Source of the DNA: Planctomycetota bacterium | Lineage (GTDB): Bacteria; Planctomycetota; Brocadiia; JAADGH01 | Length of the DNA: 64,000 nucleotides | Direction of reading: 5' to 3' | Assembly: GCA_040755855.1 (NCBI GenBank) | Contig: JBFMAD010000005.1 | Span: forward strand, 177,549 to 241,548 | Part shown: positions 29,525 to 38,541 of the stretch, piece after piece | How the letters are laid out: each line of letters starts with the position of its first letter | Position numbering within the stretch: position 1 is the first letter of the stretch | Notes under the pieces: generated by a model | The model's database searches: none | What the model was told of the DNA's origin: nothing | Seen by the model: the letters and a program-made list of their open reading frames with translations, nothing else | Program-made: the position numbers and the translations under genes

Positions 29525-30904
29525 ATGCTAAAGGAGTACCTTACCGTAAAGGACATCGTGGGGCCTCTGATGTTTATGGAGGATGTCGGCGCCATTCGTT
29601 ACGGCGAACTCGCCGAGATCAGGGGCGAGGACGGGCGCGTCAAGCGCGGCCGCGTCCTGGAGGTGCACGAGGATCGGGCGCTTGTCCAGGTCTTTGAGGG
29701 AACCGAGGGCCTCAGCCCCGGCGCCACCCGCGTGCGGTTCCTGGGGAGGGGACTCGAACTGCCCGTGTCACCCGAAATCCTGGGCCGCGTATTCGACGGC
29801 TTCGGCCGGCCCCGCGACGGCGGCCCGGAGATCATTCCCGACAAGAGGCTGAACATCAACGGCAACCCGCTCAATCCCTACGCCCGGGACTATCCGAACG
29901 AATTCATCCAGACCGGTTTTTCGACCATAGACGGCATGAATACGCTGGTGCGCGGCCAGAAGCTGCCGCTGTTCTCCGGCTCCGGCCTCCCCCACGGCCG
30001 CGTCGCGGCGCAGATCGCCCGGCAGGCCAAGGTCCTCGGTACCGAGGAGAAATTCGCGGTGGTCTTTGCCGCCATGGGCATCACATTTGAGGAATCCAAC
30101 TATTTCATCGAGGATTTCCGCCGCACCGGCGCCATCGAACGGGCCGCCGTATTCACCAATCTCGCCAACGATCCGCCCATCGAACGCATCGCCGTCCCGC
30201 GAATGGCCCTCACCGCCGCCGAGTACCTGGCCTTTGATCTGGGGATGCACGTCCTCGTGATCCTCACCGATCTGACGAACTATTGCGAGGCCCTCCGCGA
30301 GATCTCCGCCGCCCGCAAGGAAGTCCCCGGCCGGCGCGGCTACCCCGGCTACCTCTACACCGACCTCTCCACCATCTACGAGCGCGCGGGACGCATCAAG
30401 GGAAGGCCCGGCTCCATCACGCAGATACCCGTTCTGACCATGCCGGAGGATGACAAGACGCACCCCATCCCCGACCTGACCGGATACATTACCGAGGGCC
30501 AGATCATCCTCTCGCGAACGTTGCACGGCCAGGGCATCTATCCGCCGATAGATGTGCTGCCGTCCCTGTCGCGCCTGAAGGACAAGGGGATCGGCAAGGG
30601 CAAGACCCGGCAGGACCATGCCGACGTGCTCAATCAACTCTACGCCGCATATGCCCGAGGCAAGAACGCCAAGGAGCTGGCCGTGGTTCTCGGCGAGAGC
30701 GCCCTCACCGACATTGATCTCTTGTTCGTTCGCTTTTCCGACGCCTTCGAGAACCAATTCGTCCGGCAGGGCGAAAACGAAGACCGAACCATCGAACAGA
30801 CGCTCGACATCGGCTGGAAGCTGATGCGCATGCTCCCGCGCGGGGAACTCAAGCGCGTGCGCGACGCGTATCTTGAACAATACTACTCGGCGAAGACTGC
30901 ATGA
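29525..30904 (+). CDS. ntpB: V/A-type ATP synthase subunit B
   Basis: [39 protein letters not shown]. Confidence 0.98.
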   Translation: MLKEYLTVKDIVGPLMFMEDVGAIRYGELAEIRGEDGRVKRGRVLEVHEDRALVQVFEGTEGLSPGATRVRFLGRGLELPVSPEILGRVFDGFGRPRDGGPEIIPDKRLNINGNPLNPYARDYPNEFIQTGFSTIDGMNTLVRGQKLPLFSGSGLPHGRVAAQIARQAKVLGTEEKFAVVFAAMGITFEESNYFIEDFRRTGAIERAAVFTNLANDPPIERIAVPRMALTAAEYLAFDLGMHVLVILTDLTNYCEALREISAARKEVPGRRGYPGYLYTDLSTIYERAGRIKGRPGSITQIPVLTMPEDDKTHPIPDLTGYITEGQIILSRTLHGQGIYPPIDVLPSLSRLKDKGIGKGKTRQDHADVLNQLYAAYARGKNAKELAVVLGESALTDIDLLFVRFSDAFENQFVRQGENEDRTIEQTLDIGWKLMRMLPRGELKRVRDAYLEQYYSAKTA

Positions 30905-31521
30905 ACATCAAAGTCAACGCCACGCGAATGGAGATGATGCGCCTGCGAAGGCGGCTTGCGATCGCCGTGCGCGGGCACAAGCTCCTCAAGGACAAGCTCG
31001 AGGGCCTGACGCAGCAATTCCTCGTCATCGTCAAGGAGTACCGGCAGGCGCGCGACGAGATGCGGCGGGAACTACCCGGCGTCATGCAACTCTTTGTCCT
31101 GGCCAGACTTACGTCCTCCGCCTCGGCCATAGATCAGGCGCTGGCGCAGGTCAAGACCACCGGCGGGCTTGCCGTCGGCAGAAGAAAAATCATGGGCGTC
31201 TCGGTTCCAACGTTCGAGTGGACGGCCGCGATGGGCGCCGCGTCGTACAGCCTTCTGGATACGCCCGCCGAGTTGGACCACGCCATTGCGGCGCTGGACG
31301 AACTTTTCAAGAAGATCATCCGCCTTGCGGAGTTGGAGCAGACCGTGCGCGTGCTTTCGGTGGAGATCGAGCGCACCCGCCGTCGCACAAACGCATTGGA
31401 ATACACCCTGATTCCACAGATCCGTTCCACCATCCGCACCATCAAGGGCAAATTGGAGGAGATCGAGCGGGGGAATATCACCCGACTGATGAAGGTCAAA
31501 GAGATGATCGCGGGCAAGTAG
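30901..31521 (+). CDS. ntpD: V/A-type ATP synthase subunit D
   Basis: TRME...[22 protein letters not shown]. Confidence 0.96.
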   Translation: MNIKVNATRMEMMRLRRRLAIAVRGHKLLKDKLEGLTQQFLVIVKEYRQARDEMRRELPGVMQLFVLARLTSSASAIDQALAQVKTTGGLAVGRRKIMGVSVPTFEWTAAMGAASYSLLDTPAELDHAIAALDELFKKIIRLAELEQTVRVLSVEIERTRRRTNALEYTLIPQIRSTIRTIKGKLEEIERGNITRLMKVKEMIAGK

Positions 31522-31622
31522 CAGACCGCAAGACGTGGTGAAGCTCGTCGTCAACATCCCGGAGTAAGCGGTCTTCCCGCCTCTTGTCATCCACCCCAAT
31601 GTCTCTATGTCTGTGGATTTGC

Positions 31623-31651
31623 TTGCATTGCGCCGCGGAGAATGGTAACAT
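31623..31651 (+). promoter_or_regulatory. Putative sigma70 promoter
   Basis: TTGCAT-17 nt-TAACAT with an extended TG, upstream of the 31703 ORF. Confidence 0.45.
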
Positions 31652-31702
31652 AACGCACTCTTGGCAATCTGGCAGAGGTGATAGAAAAGGGAACGATAGA
31701 GA

Positions 31703-33799
31703 ATGAGCACAGAAGAAAAGGTCCCGGAGTTCGGAAGTGTGGCCATGAAGCCGGCGCGCACCCTGGATGCAGGCAGCCGGGTCACCATCACACTGACCTA
31801 TACCGTTGGCGGCAAAGGCATTGCCGAAGGGGGGAGCATCGTTGTCGGCTTTCCCGAGACATGGGAGCAGCCCCTTGCCCCGCAGCTCTACAACGTGCCC
31901 TGGCAGCCGCTTGCGGATGAGGCGGCCAGAGACAGGATTCGGACCTATTCTCCCCGCAACATCTCTGTGGAGATGGAAACCGAGGGCCTTGCCACGCCGC
32001 GCCTCTTTGCCGAGCAGCACTGGGCGCGGATTGTTGTGGCCCATGGCGGGCTGGCGCAGGGGGACAAGATCACGCTAACTTACGGCGATACGACCTGGGG
32101 AAGCGACGGCGCCTTTGTCGGCAACACGCCGAGAAATGACCAAGCCATTCGCGTCTTTGTAGACGCCGATAGAAAGGGGCGGTACACCGAGGTCGCCGGA
32201 TCACCCCTCAAGGTAGACGTAGTTCCCGGCCCTCCGGCCCGGATTGCGGTCGTCGCACCTTCGCTTGCGCGATTTGACGAGGAGTTCACCCTTCGCGTCG
32301 CCATCACAGATGAGCAGCACAATCGGCCCCGCGCCGTGGTTCGCGGGCATTTGAAGGGGAAGGCCGTTATCGTGGTGAAGAAAGGCCGGCGAGGCAAGTC
32401 GAGGACTTTGTTCCGGCAGGAGTTAAAGGAGGGGGATAACAACTTCAAAGTCTTCCGCACCGTCAGACTTTCGGCGGGGGGGGACTTGAAAGTTGCCGTG
32501 AGCGATGAAAGCGGCGACCTCTTCGGCCTGGGCAATCCCGTCCTCGTTGACGCCGGACCCGATGTTCCCGCATCTGTTGAGAGCGCGCAGGAGGCCGCCG
32601 ACGAGACGGCGGAGGCCAAACCGGAAGCGGAAGATACCGGCCCGGCGGTCGAGGCGACCGCAGAGGGACAGGCCAAGGAAGCGGAGAGCGCTCCAAAGGA
32701 GAAACACTGGCAGATCTACTGGGGCGACATCCACGGAAAGAGTGAGTGGACCCCCGGCGCCCGAAAGACGACGCTCGATCAGTACTACGCCTATGGCAAG
32801 GAAGTCGCCCTGCTCGATTTCTGCGCCGTGACCGATGAAGGCGCCGGCTTCAGGGAGGATGCATGGGCCGCCGCGCAGGAGGCGGCGCGGAAACACCACG
32901 TCTCGGGAGAATTTGTCACGTTCAAGGCATTCGAATGGGCGTCCAGCCTCTACGGCCACCGCTCGGTCTACTTTATGGGAGATCGCGCCGAACTGAAACT
33001 GGACGATAAGGGAAACCTCGACTGGCTTGACATCCGGGATTTCTATGGGCTGTTCCGAGATCGCGACGTCATCATTGTCCCTCAAAACACATTCGTATGG
33101 ACCAATTGGGATTTCCACGACCCGGTGCACGAGTGTCTGGTCGAAATCTATTCCACGTGGGGAGCATGTGAAAAGCACGGGAATCCCCGCTGGACGCACA
33201 GCGAGATTCCGGGCGGGGGGGTGCAGGCCGCTCTGGCGCGCGGATATCGCATGGGGATCATCGCCTCCAGCGATACACAGTTCGGCATGCCGGGCAGGAG
33301 CTATCCGGAACGCTGGGAGGTCAAACCGTTTCAAGGCGGCCTGGCTGCTGTCTATGCCAAGGAACTTACGCGGGAGGCCATCTTCGACGCATTCAAGCGG
33401 CGGCACTGCTACGGGACAACCGGGGCCAGGATCATCGTCGAATTCTTCGTCAATGACCAGCCTATGGGCAGCGAAGTGGAAATCCCGTTCCAGGAAAGCG
33501 AAGCGCCGCGGCGGCTCAAGGTGAGGGTTATCGGGGCCGAAGATATCAGGGAAGTTGTCATTGTCCGCAACAATGTTGACATCTATCGCGTCGGGGGCAG
33601 CGGGCCCTGGGTCGAATTTGACTATGAGGATGATGAAGCGATGCGGGAGGCCATGGCCGAATCGGAGCAGACGGAGTGCGGCGCAGGAAGTATCTACTAC
33701 TACCTCCGCGTTACGCAGAGCGACGGCGAGATGGCCTGGTGCAGCCCGGTATGGACCACGCTTGGAAGCCCGCCGGAGCCGGGCAAGGTCAAGGGCTAA
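31703..33799 (+). CDS. DUF3604/CehA-McbA-like PHP-fold protein with degenerate metal site
   Basis: YWGDIH, LDFCAVTD, FEW...GHR.VY, LVEIYS.WG, ASSD, ELTREAIFDA...YGTTG.RI, YYYLRVTQ.DG.MAW.SPVW. Confidence 0.8.
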   Translation: MSTEEKVPEFGSVAMKPARTLDAGSRVTITLTYTVGGKGIAEGGSIVVGFPETWEQPLAPQLYNVPWQPLADEAARDRIRTYSPRNISVEMETEGLATPRLFAEQHWARIVVAHGGLAQGDKITLTYGDTTWGSDGAFVGNTPRNDQAIRVFVDADRKGRYTEVAGSPLKVDVVPGPPARIAVVAPSLARFDEEFTLRVAITDEQHNRPRAVVRGHLKGKAVIVVKKGRRGKSRTLFRQELKEGDNNFKVFRTVRLSAGGDLKVAVSDESGDLFGLGNPVLVDAGPDVPASVESAQEAADETAEAKPEAEDTGPAVEATAEGQAKEAESAPKEKHWQIYWGDIHGKSEWTPGARKTTLDQYYAYGKEVALLDFCAVTDEGAGFREDAWAAAQEAARKHHVSGEFVTFKAFEWASSLYGHRSVYFMGDRAELKLDDKGNLDWLDIRDFYGLFRDRDVIIVPQNTFVWTNWDFHDPVHECLVEIYSTWGACEKHGNPRWTHSEIPGGGVQAALARGYRMGIIASSDTQFGMPGRSYPERWEVKPFQGGLAAVYAKELTREAIFDAFKRRHCYGTTGARIIVEFFVNDQPMGSEVEIPFQESEAPRRLKVRVIGAEDIREVVIVRNNVDIYRVGGSGPWVEFDYEDDEAMREAMAESEQTECGAGSIYYYLRVTQSDGEMAWCSPVWTTLGSPPEPGKVKG

Positions 33800-33801
33800 G
33801 G

Positions 33802-34581
33802 TCACGGCCCCGTTTCGCGCTCCGGCCTCTGGAGCCAAAGGCCGTGCATCACGCAGAGGAACTGGAGCAGGAACGCCAGCCCCATAAGAACGCCGCCGGC
33901 TATAAAAGTGTAGGCGAAGAGATACGAGACGTACGCCGTCAGCCACGACGAGCCGATGTCGAGCGTGATCGCCGCAAAGGGCAGGAGGACCAGCAGAGTC
34001 TTCCGTCCCGTTCCCATGCGGCAGAACAACACCGCGACGCCTGTCAGCATGAACACGGTGACGTTGCTCACGAGGTGGATGTGCGTCAGGTGAACCAGGC
34101 GGCTGGGCGAGATGGCCCCCGTTCTGCTGAACATTGGCGCGACCAGCTCATGCTTGACCGTGCGATCCTCCCAGAGGGGAGTGGACCGGGCCACGGCGTC
34201 ATCCGCATGGCAATTGACGCAGTTGTTTTCGATCATCTGCGTCACCGGCTCGAAATCCTCCTGTTTGGCGCTGCAGCCGGCCTTGGTCCACTGGATGAGA
34301 TACTGCACATCATCCTTATAAGCCGGCTTCAAAAATTCCATGTGATCTGGCGTCGGCGCGAGACGGAGTTTGACCTCGATCAGGGGAGCGCCGGGGTGTC
34401 CGTGATAGGACAGGATCAGGTCCTGGACGCTGAACGCCGGTTTGCCGTCGGCCATGCGATACTTGAGGAACACCTTCGCGCCGCAAACCAGGATGCCGAT
34501 GCCGAGGAGAAGGAAGGCCGCCGTGCACAGGAGTTTCGCAGGCATCGGAAAATCAGGCAGATGGATACTTTGCTTGTGCAT
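33802..34581 (-). CDS. Membrane protein with a c-type heme motif
   Basis: About 4 TMs; loop with CVNCH; LTHIHL in the second TM. Confidence 0.7.
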   Translation of the reverse strand: MHKQSIHLPDFPMPAKLLCTAAFLLLGIGILVCGAKVFLKYRMADGKPAFSVQDLILSYHGHPGAPLIEVKLRLAPTPDHMEFLKPAYKDDVQYLIQWTKAGCSAKQEDFEPVTQMIENNCVNCHADDAVARSTPLWEDRTVKHELVAPMFSRTGAISPSRLVHLTHIHLVSNVTVFMLTGVAVLFCRMGTGRKTLLVLLPFAAITLDIGSSWLTAYVSYLFAYTFIAGGVLMGLAFLLQFLCVMHGLWLQRPERETGP

Positions 34582-34751
34582 TGCTGTTTCGTCAACTCGA
34601 AGTTGTCGTCGAAGATGCTGCGACCATATCAGATCAGCGCGTCCCTGTCAACCACGATTAGTCCGGTCCGTCTTCATGCAAAATCCTTGACAAGGATTGC
34701 CGCCGAATGATAAGAGGGGTCCGAATCCAAACACCTGCGACGAACGAATAG

Positions 34752-35294
34752 ATGGAACGGAGCGTGTTCACAACCATCGTGGGACTCTTCTGGCCCCCCT
34801 CGGCCCCTGTGATTGCCGATGAGGATCTGTACACCGGGAGCGCATGGTGGGGGGTGACGTGCATCCTGAATGCGTTTCCCGTAGCGGCGGTCCTCCATCA
34901 TGGCCTGATTTACGCCCACCAGTGCATGCTTCAGCCGTTCGCGTACGGCTACGAGGTGACGTGGTCTGTGATCTGGGAATGGGTGAAACATGACGCCGCG
35001 CTGCCCTGGGCTGTCATTATTGCATTTGGGGTGCATCGTCTCGGGCTTCGGTTTGCAGTCATCAAGTTGATCGCCGCGCCGGTGTTTATTTCGTTTCTAC
35101 CGACCACCCTGTGGGTATGGGACATTTTTGTTCTGGACCGTCCTTTCTGCCGATACCTTCACGACGGCAAGTTCGAATTGTGGCGGGACTTTCCGCTTCG
35201 CACCGGGCATTTTTACGTCTTAGGGATTTGCATTTACGTCGCATTCCTGATCTATTTGGTTGTGCAGCGAGTGAAGCGACGCAGTTGGGCATAG
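34752..35294 (+). CDS. Hypothetical membrane protein
   Basis: Several hydrophobic segments, Trp-rich; upstream TTGACA promoter-like element. Confidence 0.55.
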   Translation: MERSVFTTIVGLFWPPSAPVIADEDLYTGSAWWGVTCILNAFPVAAVLHHGLIYAHQCMLQPFAYGYEVTWSVIWEWVKHDAALPWAVIIAFGVHRLGLRFAVIKLIAAPVFISFLPTTLWVWDIFVLDRPFCRYLHDGKFELWRDFPLRTGHFYVLGICIYVAFLIYLVVQRVKRRSWA

Positions 35295-35366
35295 AGGCCA
35301 ACCATACCCTGTTGATTTTTTTAGTGGAACAAGCGATAGAGATTCGTCTAATAAGGATAATTCGGC

Positions 35367-35771
35367 ATGAAATGTCCAAAGTGCAGCGATAGCGAGCTCC
35401 GAGAGATGGCCCTTCCGGAGAATCTGACGATTGACATGTGCCCCCGGTGCAAGGGCATTTGGTACGATAGGGGGGAGATAGGGTTCCAACAGGAACTCGA
35501 ACGGGACGTCCCTGAGCTTGAAAAAGTCGGAAAGACCAGGCGTCCGACCTGCCATGACTGCCCGCGCTGCGCCGACGGGACAAAACTCGAGGAGATGCGC
35601 TACGCCATCCAAGCCGACCTGATGATTGACCGATGTCCGAAGTGCGAGGGTATCTTCCTCGATAAGGGGGAACTCCGCAAACTGGAGAGCATTGCTGCAA
35701 AGATGGACAGCTTCAGCGCGCGTGTTGCGCGCGCGATCAAGGACATAGACGCACGGGGCTACTTCAAGTAA
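35367..35771 (+). CDS. Tandem zf-TFIIB zinc-ribbon protein
   Basis: Two repeats of CPxC...IDxCPxCxGIxxDxGE. Confidence 0.85.
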   Translation: MKCPKCSDSELREMALPENLTIDMCPRCKGIWYDRGEIGFQQELERDVPELEKVGKTRRPTCHDCPRCADGTKLEEMRYAIQADLMIDRCPKCEGIFLDKGELRKLESIAAKMDSFSARVARAIKDIDARGYFK

Positions 35772-35807
35772 TCTATCCATCCGCGCTCATCGGTACAAAA
35801 TAAAAAC

Positions 35808-35864
35808 GGATTGCGGAATGGTTTTTTCTTCCACTCCGCAATCCGCAATCCAAAGTCCGCAATC
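35808..35864. repeat. TCCGCAA heptamer repeats forming a hairpin between convergent genes (likely terminator)
   Basis: GGATTGCGGAATGG...CCACTCCGCAATCC stem plus further TCCGCAA units. Confidence 0.6.
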
Positions 35865-35867
35865 AGA

Positions 35868-36683
35868 TTACATCCGTCCCGCCTTGAGGAACGAATCGGT
35901 GTAGATCTGCTTGTTCAGCAGCAGTTCCGCCGTGATGATGGCGTCCACCATGGCGTCGTCGTTAGCGTCGAGGATGGCTGCGTTGAGACCCGCCGCAATC
36001 GCCATGACGATGTAGGTGCGGTTGATCAGCTCGCGCATCTCCTTCTCTTTAGCCATCTGGGAGAGATTGCTGAGTCCGACGATGAAATGCAGTCCGGACG
36101 CCGGGCCGCCGACGAATTCAAAAATCTGTTTGATCGCTTCGAGAACGTAGGTCGGCTGCTCCTGTCCGAACTTGGCGGGGAGGACCACAGGATCAATGAA
36201 GACCCTGGACAGATCCAGTCCGCCTCCCATTGCCTTCTCGATGATTTTGCCCCCGATGCCGACGCGCGCCTCCACCGTCGTCGCCGGCCCGCTCTCGTCC
36301 ATGGTAAGGGCCACGATTGAGCCATTGTGCTCCACAGCGAGCTGGACAAATGTCTCCATCTCGCTGTCCACGCCGCCCCGGGCGGAATTTAAAAGAACGG
36401 GCCGCCCGTCCACAACGCTCAGCCCCGCCTTCATTATCGGCATCTTCTGCGTGTCAATCGCAATCGGCGTATCAACACTCTTCTGCACCGTCTGAATCAG
36501 CCACTTCATGGCGTCCTCGGGGTCCTCCGCGGCCGTCCCTACGTTGATGTCCAGATACTTCGCTCCGGACTTCGTCTGCCGCTTCGCAAGCTCCTCGATG
36601 ATGGACGCATCCTTCTCCTGGATAGCCTTTTTTACGTTCTTGAACATCCCGTTGATTCGTTCACCAACGATAATGAAGTCCAT
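35868..36683 (-). CDS. acsE: Methyltetrahydrofolate:corrinoid/Fe-S protein methyltransferase
   Basis: IVGERINGMF, YLDINVG, IDT, GLSNLSQ, LINRTY; last gene of the acs cluster. Confidence 0.92.
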   Translation of the reverse strand: MDFIIVGERINGMFKNVKKAIQEKDASIIEELAKRQTKSGAKYLDINVGTAAEDPEDAMKWLIQTVQKSVDTPIAIDTQKMPIMKAGLSVVDGRPVLLNSARGGVDSEMETFVQLAVEHNGSIVALTMDESGPATTVEARVGIGGKIIEKAMGGGLDLSRVFIDPVVLPAKFGQEQPTYVLEAIKQIFEFVGGPASGLHFIVGLSNLSQMAKEKEMRELINRTYIVMAIAAGLNAAILDANDDAMVDAIITAELLLNKQIYTDSFLKAGRM

Positions 36684-36733
36684 GTGATTCCTCATCCTCC
36701 CTTCAGAAAGAAACAACCGTTCTGCTCAGAGAT

Positions 36734-37696
36734 TTAGGCATACAGTTTTGCAAGGCCCTTCTTCACCTCCGCCACGGCCTTCGGGTGCCTCATGCGGAGG
36801 ATATCACAACCGGACTGCGCCAGGGCCATGGCCGTCGTCGCCTCCCATATCACGCCGCGCTCCGCATGAGGGCCCCAGCCCGGCAGTTCAGCGTCCGCGG
36901 CCTTGGCCTCCTTGGCTCGCCACGACTCGTAACCGATGTCGCAGATCACCGGCATCGCCATCATCTTATCGCCCTGGAGGGCGGCCAGCATCTCGCGCTC
37001 CTGGATCGAGTAGGCGTACTCAAGCCCATAGCCCAGCGCGCCCGTCGTCTGGAACATGACGATGCGATCCAGTGGAAATTCCATGTCCGAAAGGAGGATA
37101 TTCACCTGCTTGCCGATGTTGATGTCGAGCGGTGCCAAGCCGATGATGTTGTGGCCGTCCGCAAGGCATACCGCCGTCAGCACCTTATAATTCTGCTCCT
37201 TGGCGCAGCCCAGGAGAGCGCGTTCGCCCTTGAGGGCCTGGCTCACCTTCGGCATGACGGCGTTGTCCTTCTCGTCGTCGTCGCTGCCCCACACGATCAG
37301 GGGGACGCCCACCGCCTCCTTGACGGCGCTGACGACCTTCACCGCATCCTCCGGGCCCTTGTCGCCTTTGTCGCGGTGGATGCCGTCCAGCTTAATGCAG
37401 ATGAGATCGGCCCCAAATTCCTCGACCGCCTTCTTTGCCCAGGCAGCCGGGTTTCCAAGCACATTGCCCCACGCCTCCACGAGGGGGGCGGGCCAGTCCG
37501 GCGGGACTACATCGAGCACATCCATCGCGATGACGATTTTGTTCCCCGCGCTCCCGTCAAAATCCATAAACGGGACGCTGGCGCGGCCGCCGACGGTAAC
37601 CGCGCGGCTGCGCGTCCCGCCGTTCTCCTTCGTCGCGCCGATGGCGACGGTGTTCACCTTGCCCGACCACTTTTCTGCCACAACTGGCAAGTCCAT
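36734..37696 (-). CDS. acsD: Corrinoid Fe-S protein small subunit (delta)
   Basis: VTVGG, DINIGKQVN, ALGYGLEYAYS, WEATTA, MRHP. Confidence 0.95.
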   Translation of the reverse strand: MDLPVVAEKWSGKVNTVAIGATKENGGTRSRAVTVGGRASVPFMDFDGSAGNKIVIAMDVLDVVPPDWPAPLVEAWGNVLGNPAAWAKKAVEEFGADLICIKLDGIHRDKGDKGPEDAVKVVSAVKEAVGVPLIVWGSDDDEKDNAVMPKVSQALKGERALLGCAKEQNYKVLTAVCLADGHNIIGLAPLDINIGKQVNILLSDMEFPLDRIVMFQTTGALGYGLEYAYSIQEREMLAALQGDKMMAMPVICDIGYESWRAKEAKAADAELPGWGPHAERGVIWEATTAMALAQSGCDILRMRHPKAVAEVKKGLAKLYA

Positions 37697-37744
37697 AAGC
37701 CGTTCCTCCTCATATCGAAAAAACAGAGTTACGAAGTTAATTTG

Positions 37745-38512
37745 TCACACGACCGCGGCGATGGCCTCGTGTACTATGCCCCGGACTGCAACATAGGCTG
37801 AGTTGCCCGCCGTCAGTCCAAACACGGAACCGCCCGCCGCCATTACGTCAAAAACCTCACTATCATACGGTATCTCCGCCGCAACCTCAAGAGGCAATTC
37901 CCTTAGCTTTTCCCGCACGCGATCCGACAACCCGGTGGGATGGACGCGCGTCAGGACCAACCGTCTCTCGCGCACAATGATGGGCAGCGAATCGGAAATG
38001 GCCAGGATGCGTTTTGCCGCCTCCACCGCCGCCGCCGTCGGCTCCGCGACCACGGCGAGGACGTCCACATCGTTTGTGGTCCTGCGGGATAGATGTTCCA
38101 TGCCCGCCTCGTTGTCAATCACCACGAACCGATAATCCGCGGTCGTCCGGTCCAGAAACCCGCGCAGCAGATGATTCACGTAGCAGTAACACTTCGGTCC
38201 CTCCGGCCGGCCCATCGTGATCAGGTCGAACTTCGGCGTCTCGATCACCGCCTGTTGGATCCGATACTCCAGTTCCCGGTCCTTCGACATCCCCGGGGAA
38301 AGGCTCGCAGCGATCTGCGACGCGCCCTCCCGAATCTCGGCGATGGTCTGCCCCGGCGCAATGCCCAGGAGCTGCCCCAGATTGCTGTTCGGATCGGCGT
38401 CCACGGCTAGGATGCTTCCGCCGACCTCATCGGCCAGATAACGCACGGCGAGGGCGGAGAACGTCGTTTTTCCTGTGCCCCCCTTTCCCGAAAGGGCGAT
38501 TGTAAACGCCAT
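37745..38512 (-). CDS. acsF: CooC/AcsF nickel-insertion ATPase (alternative start 38545)
   Basis: SGKGGTGKTT, VDADPN, MGRPEGPKCYC, DNEAGMEHLSRRT. Confidence 0.9.
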   Translation of the reverse strand: MAFTIALSGKGGTGKTTFSALAVRYLADEVGGSILAVDADPNSNLGQLLGIAPGQTIAEIREGASQIAASLSPGMSKDRELEYRIQQAVIETPKFDLITMGRPEGPKCYCYVNHLLRGFLDRTTADYRFVVIDNEAGMEHLSRRTTNDVDVLAVVAEPTAAAVEAAKRILAISDSLPIIVRERRLVLTRVHPTGLSDRVREKLRELPLEVAAEIPYDSEVFDVMAAGGSVFGLTAGNSAYVAVRGIVHEAIAAVV

Positions 38513-38541
38513 GATGTCGCACCTCTCCGGCTCGTCCGGCC

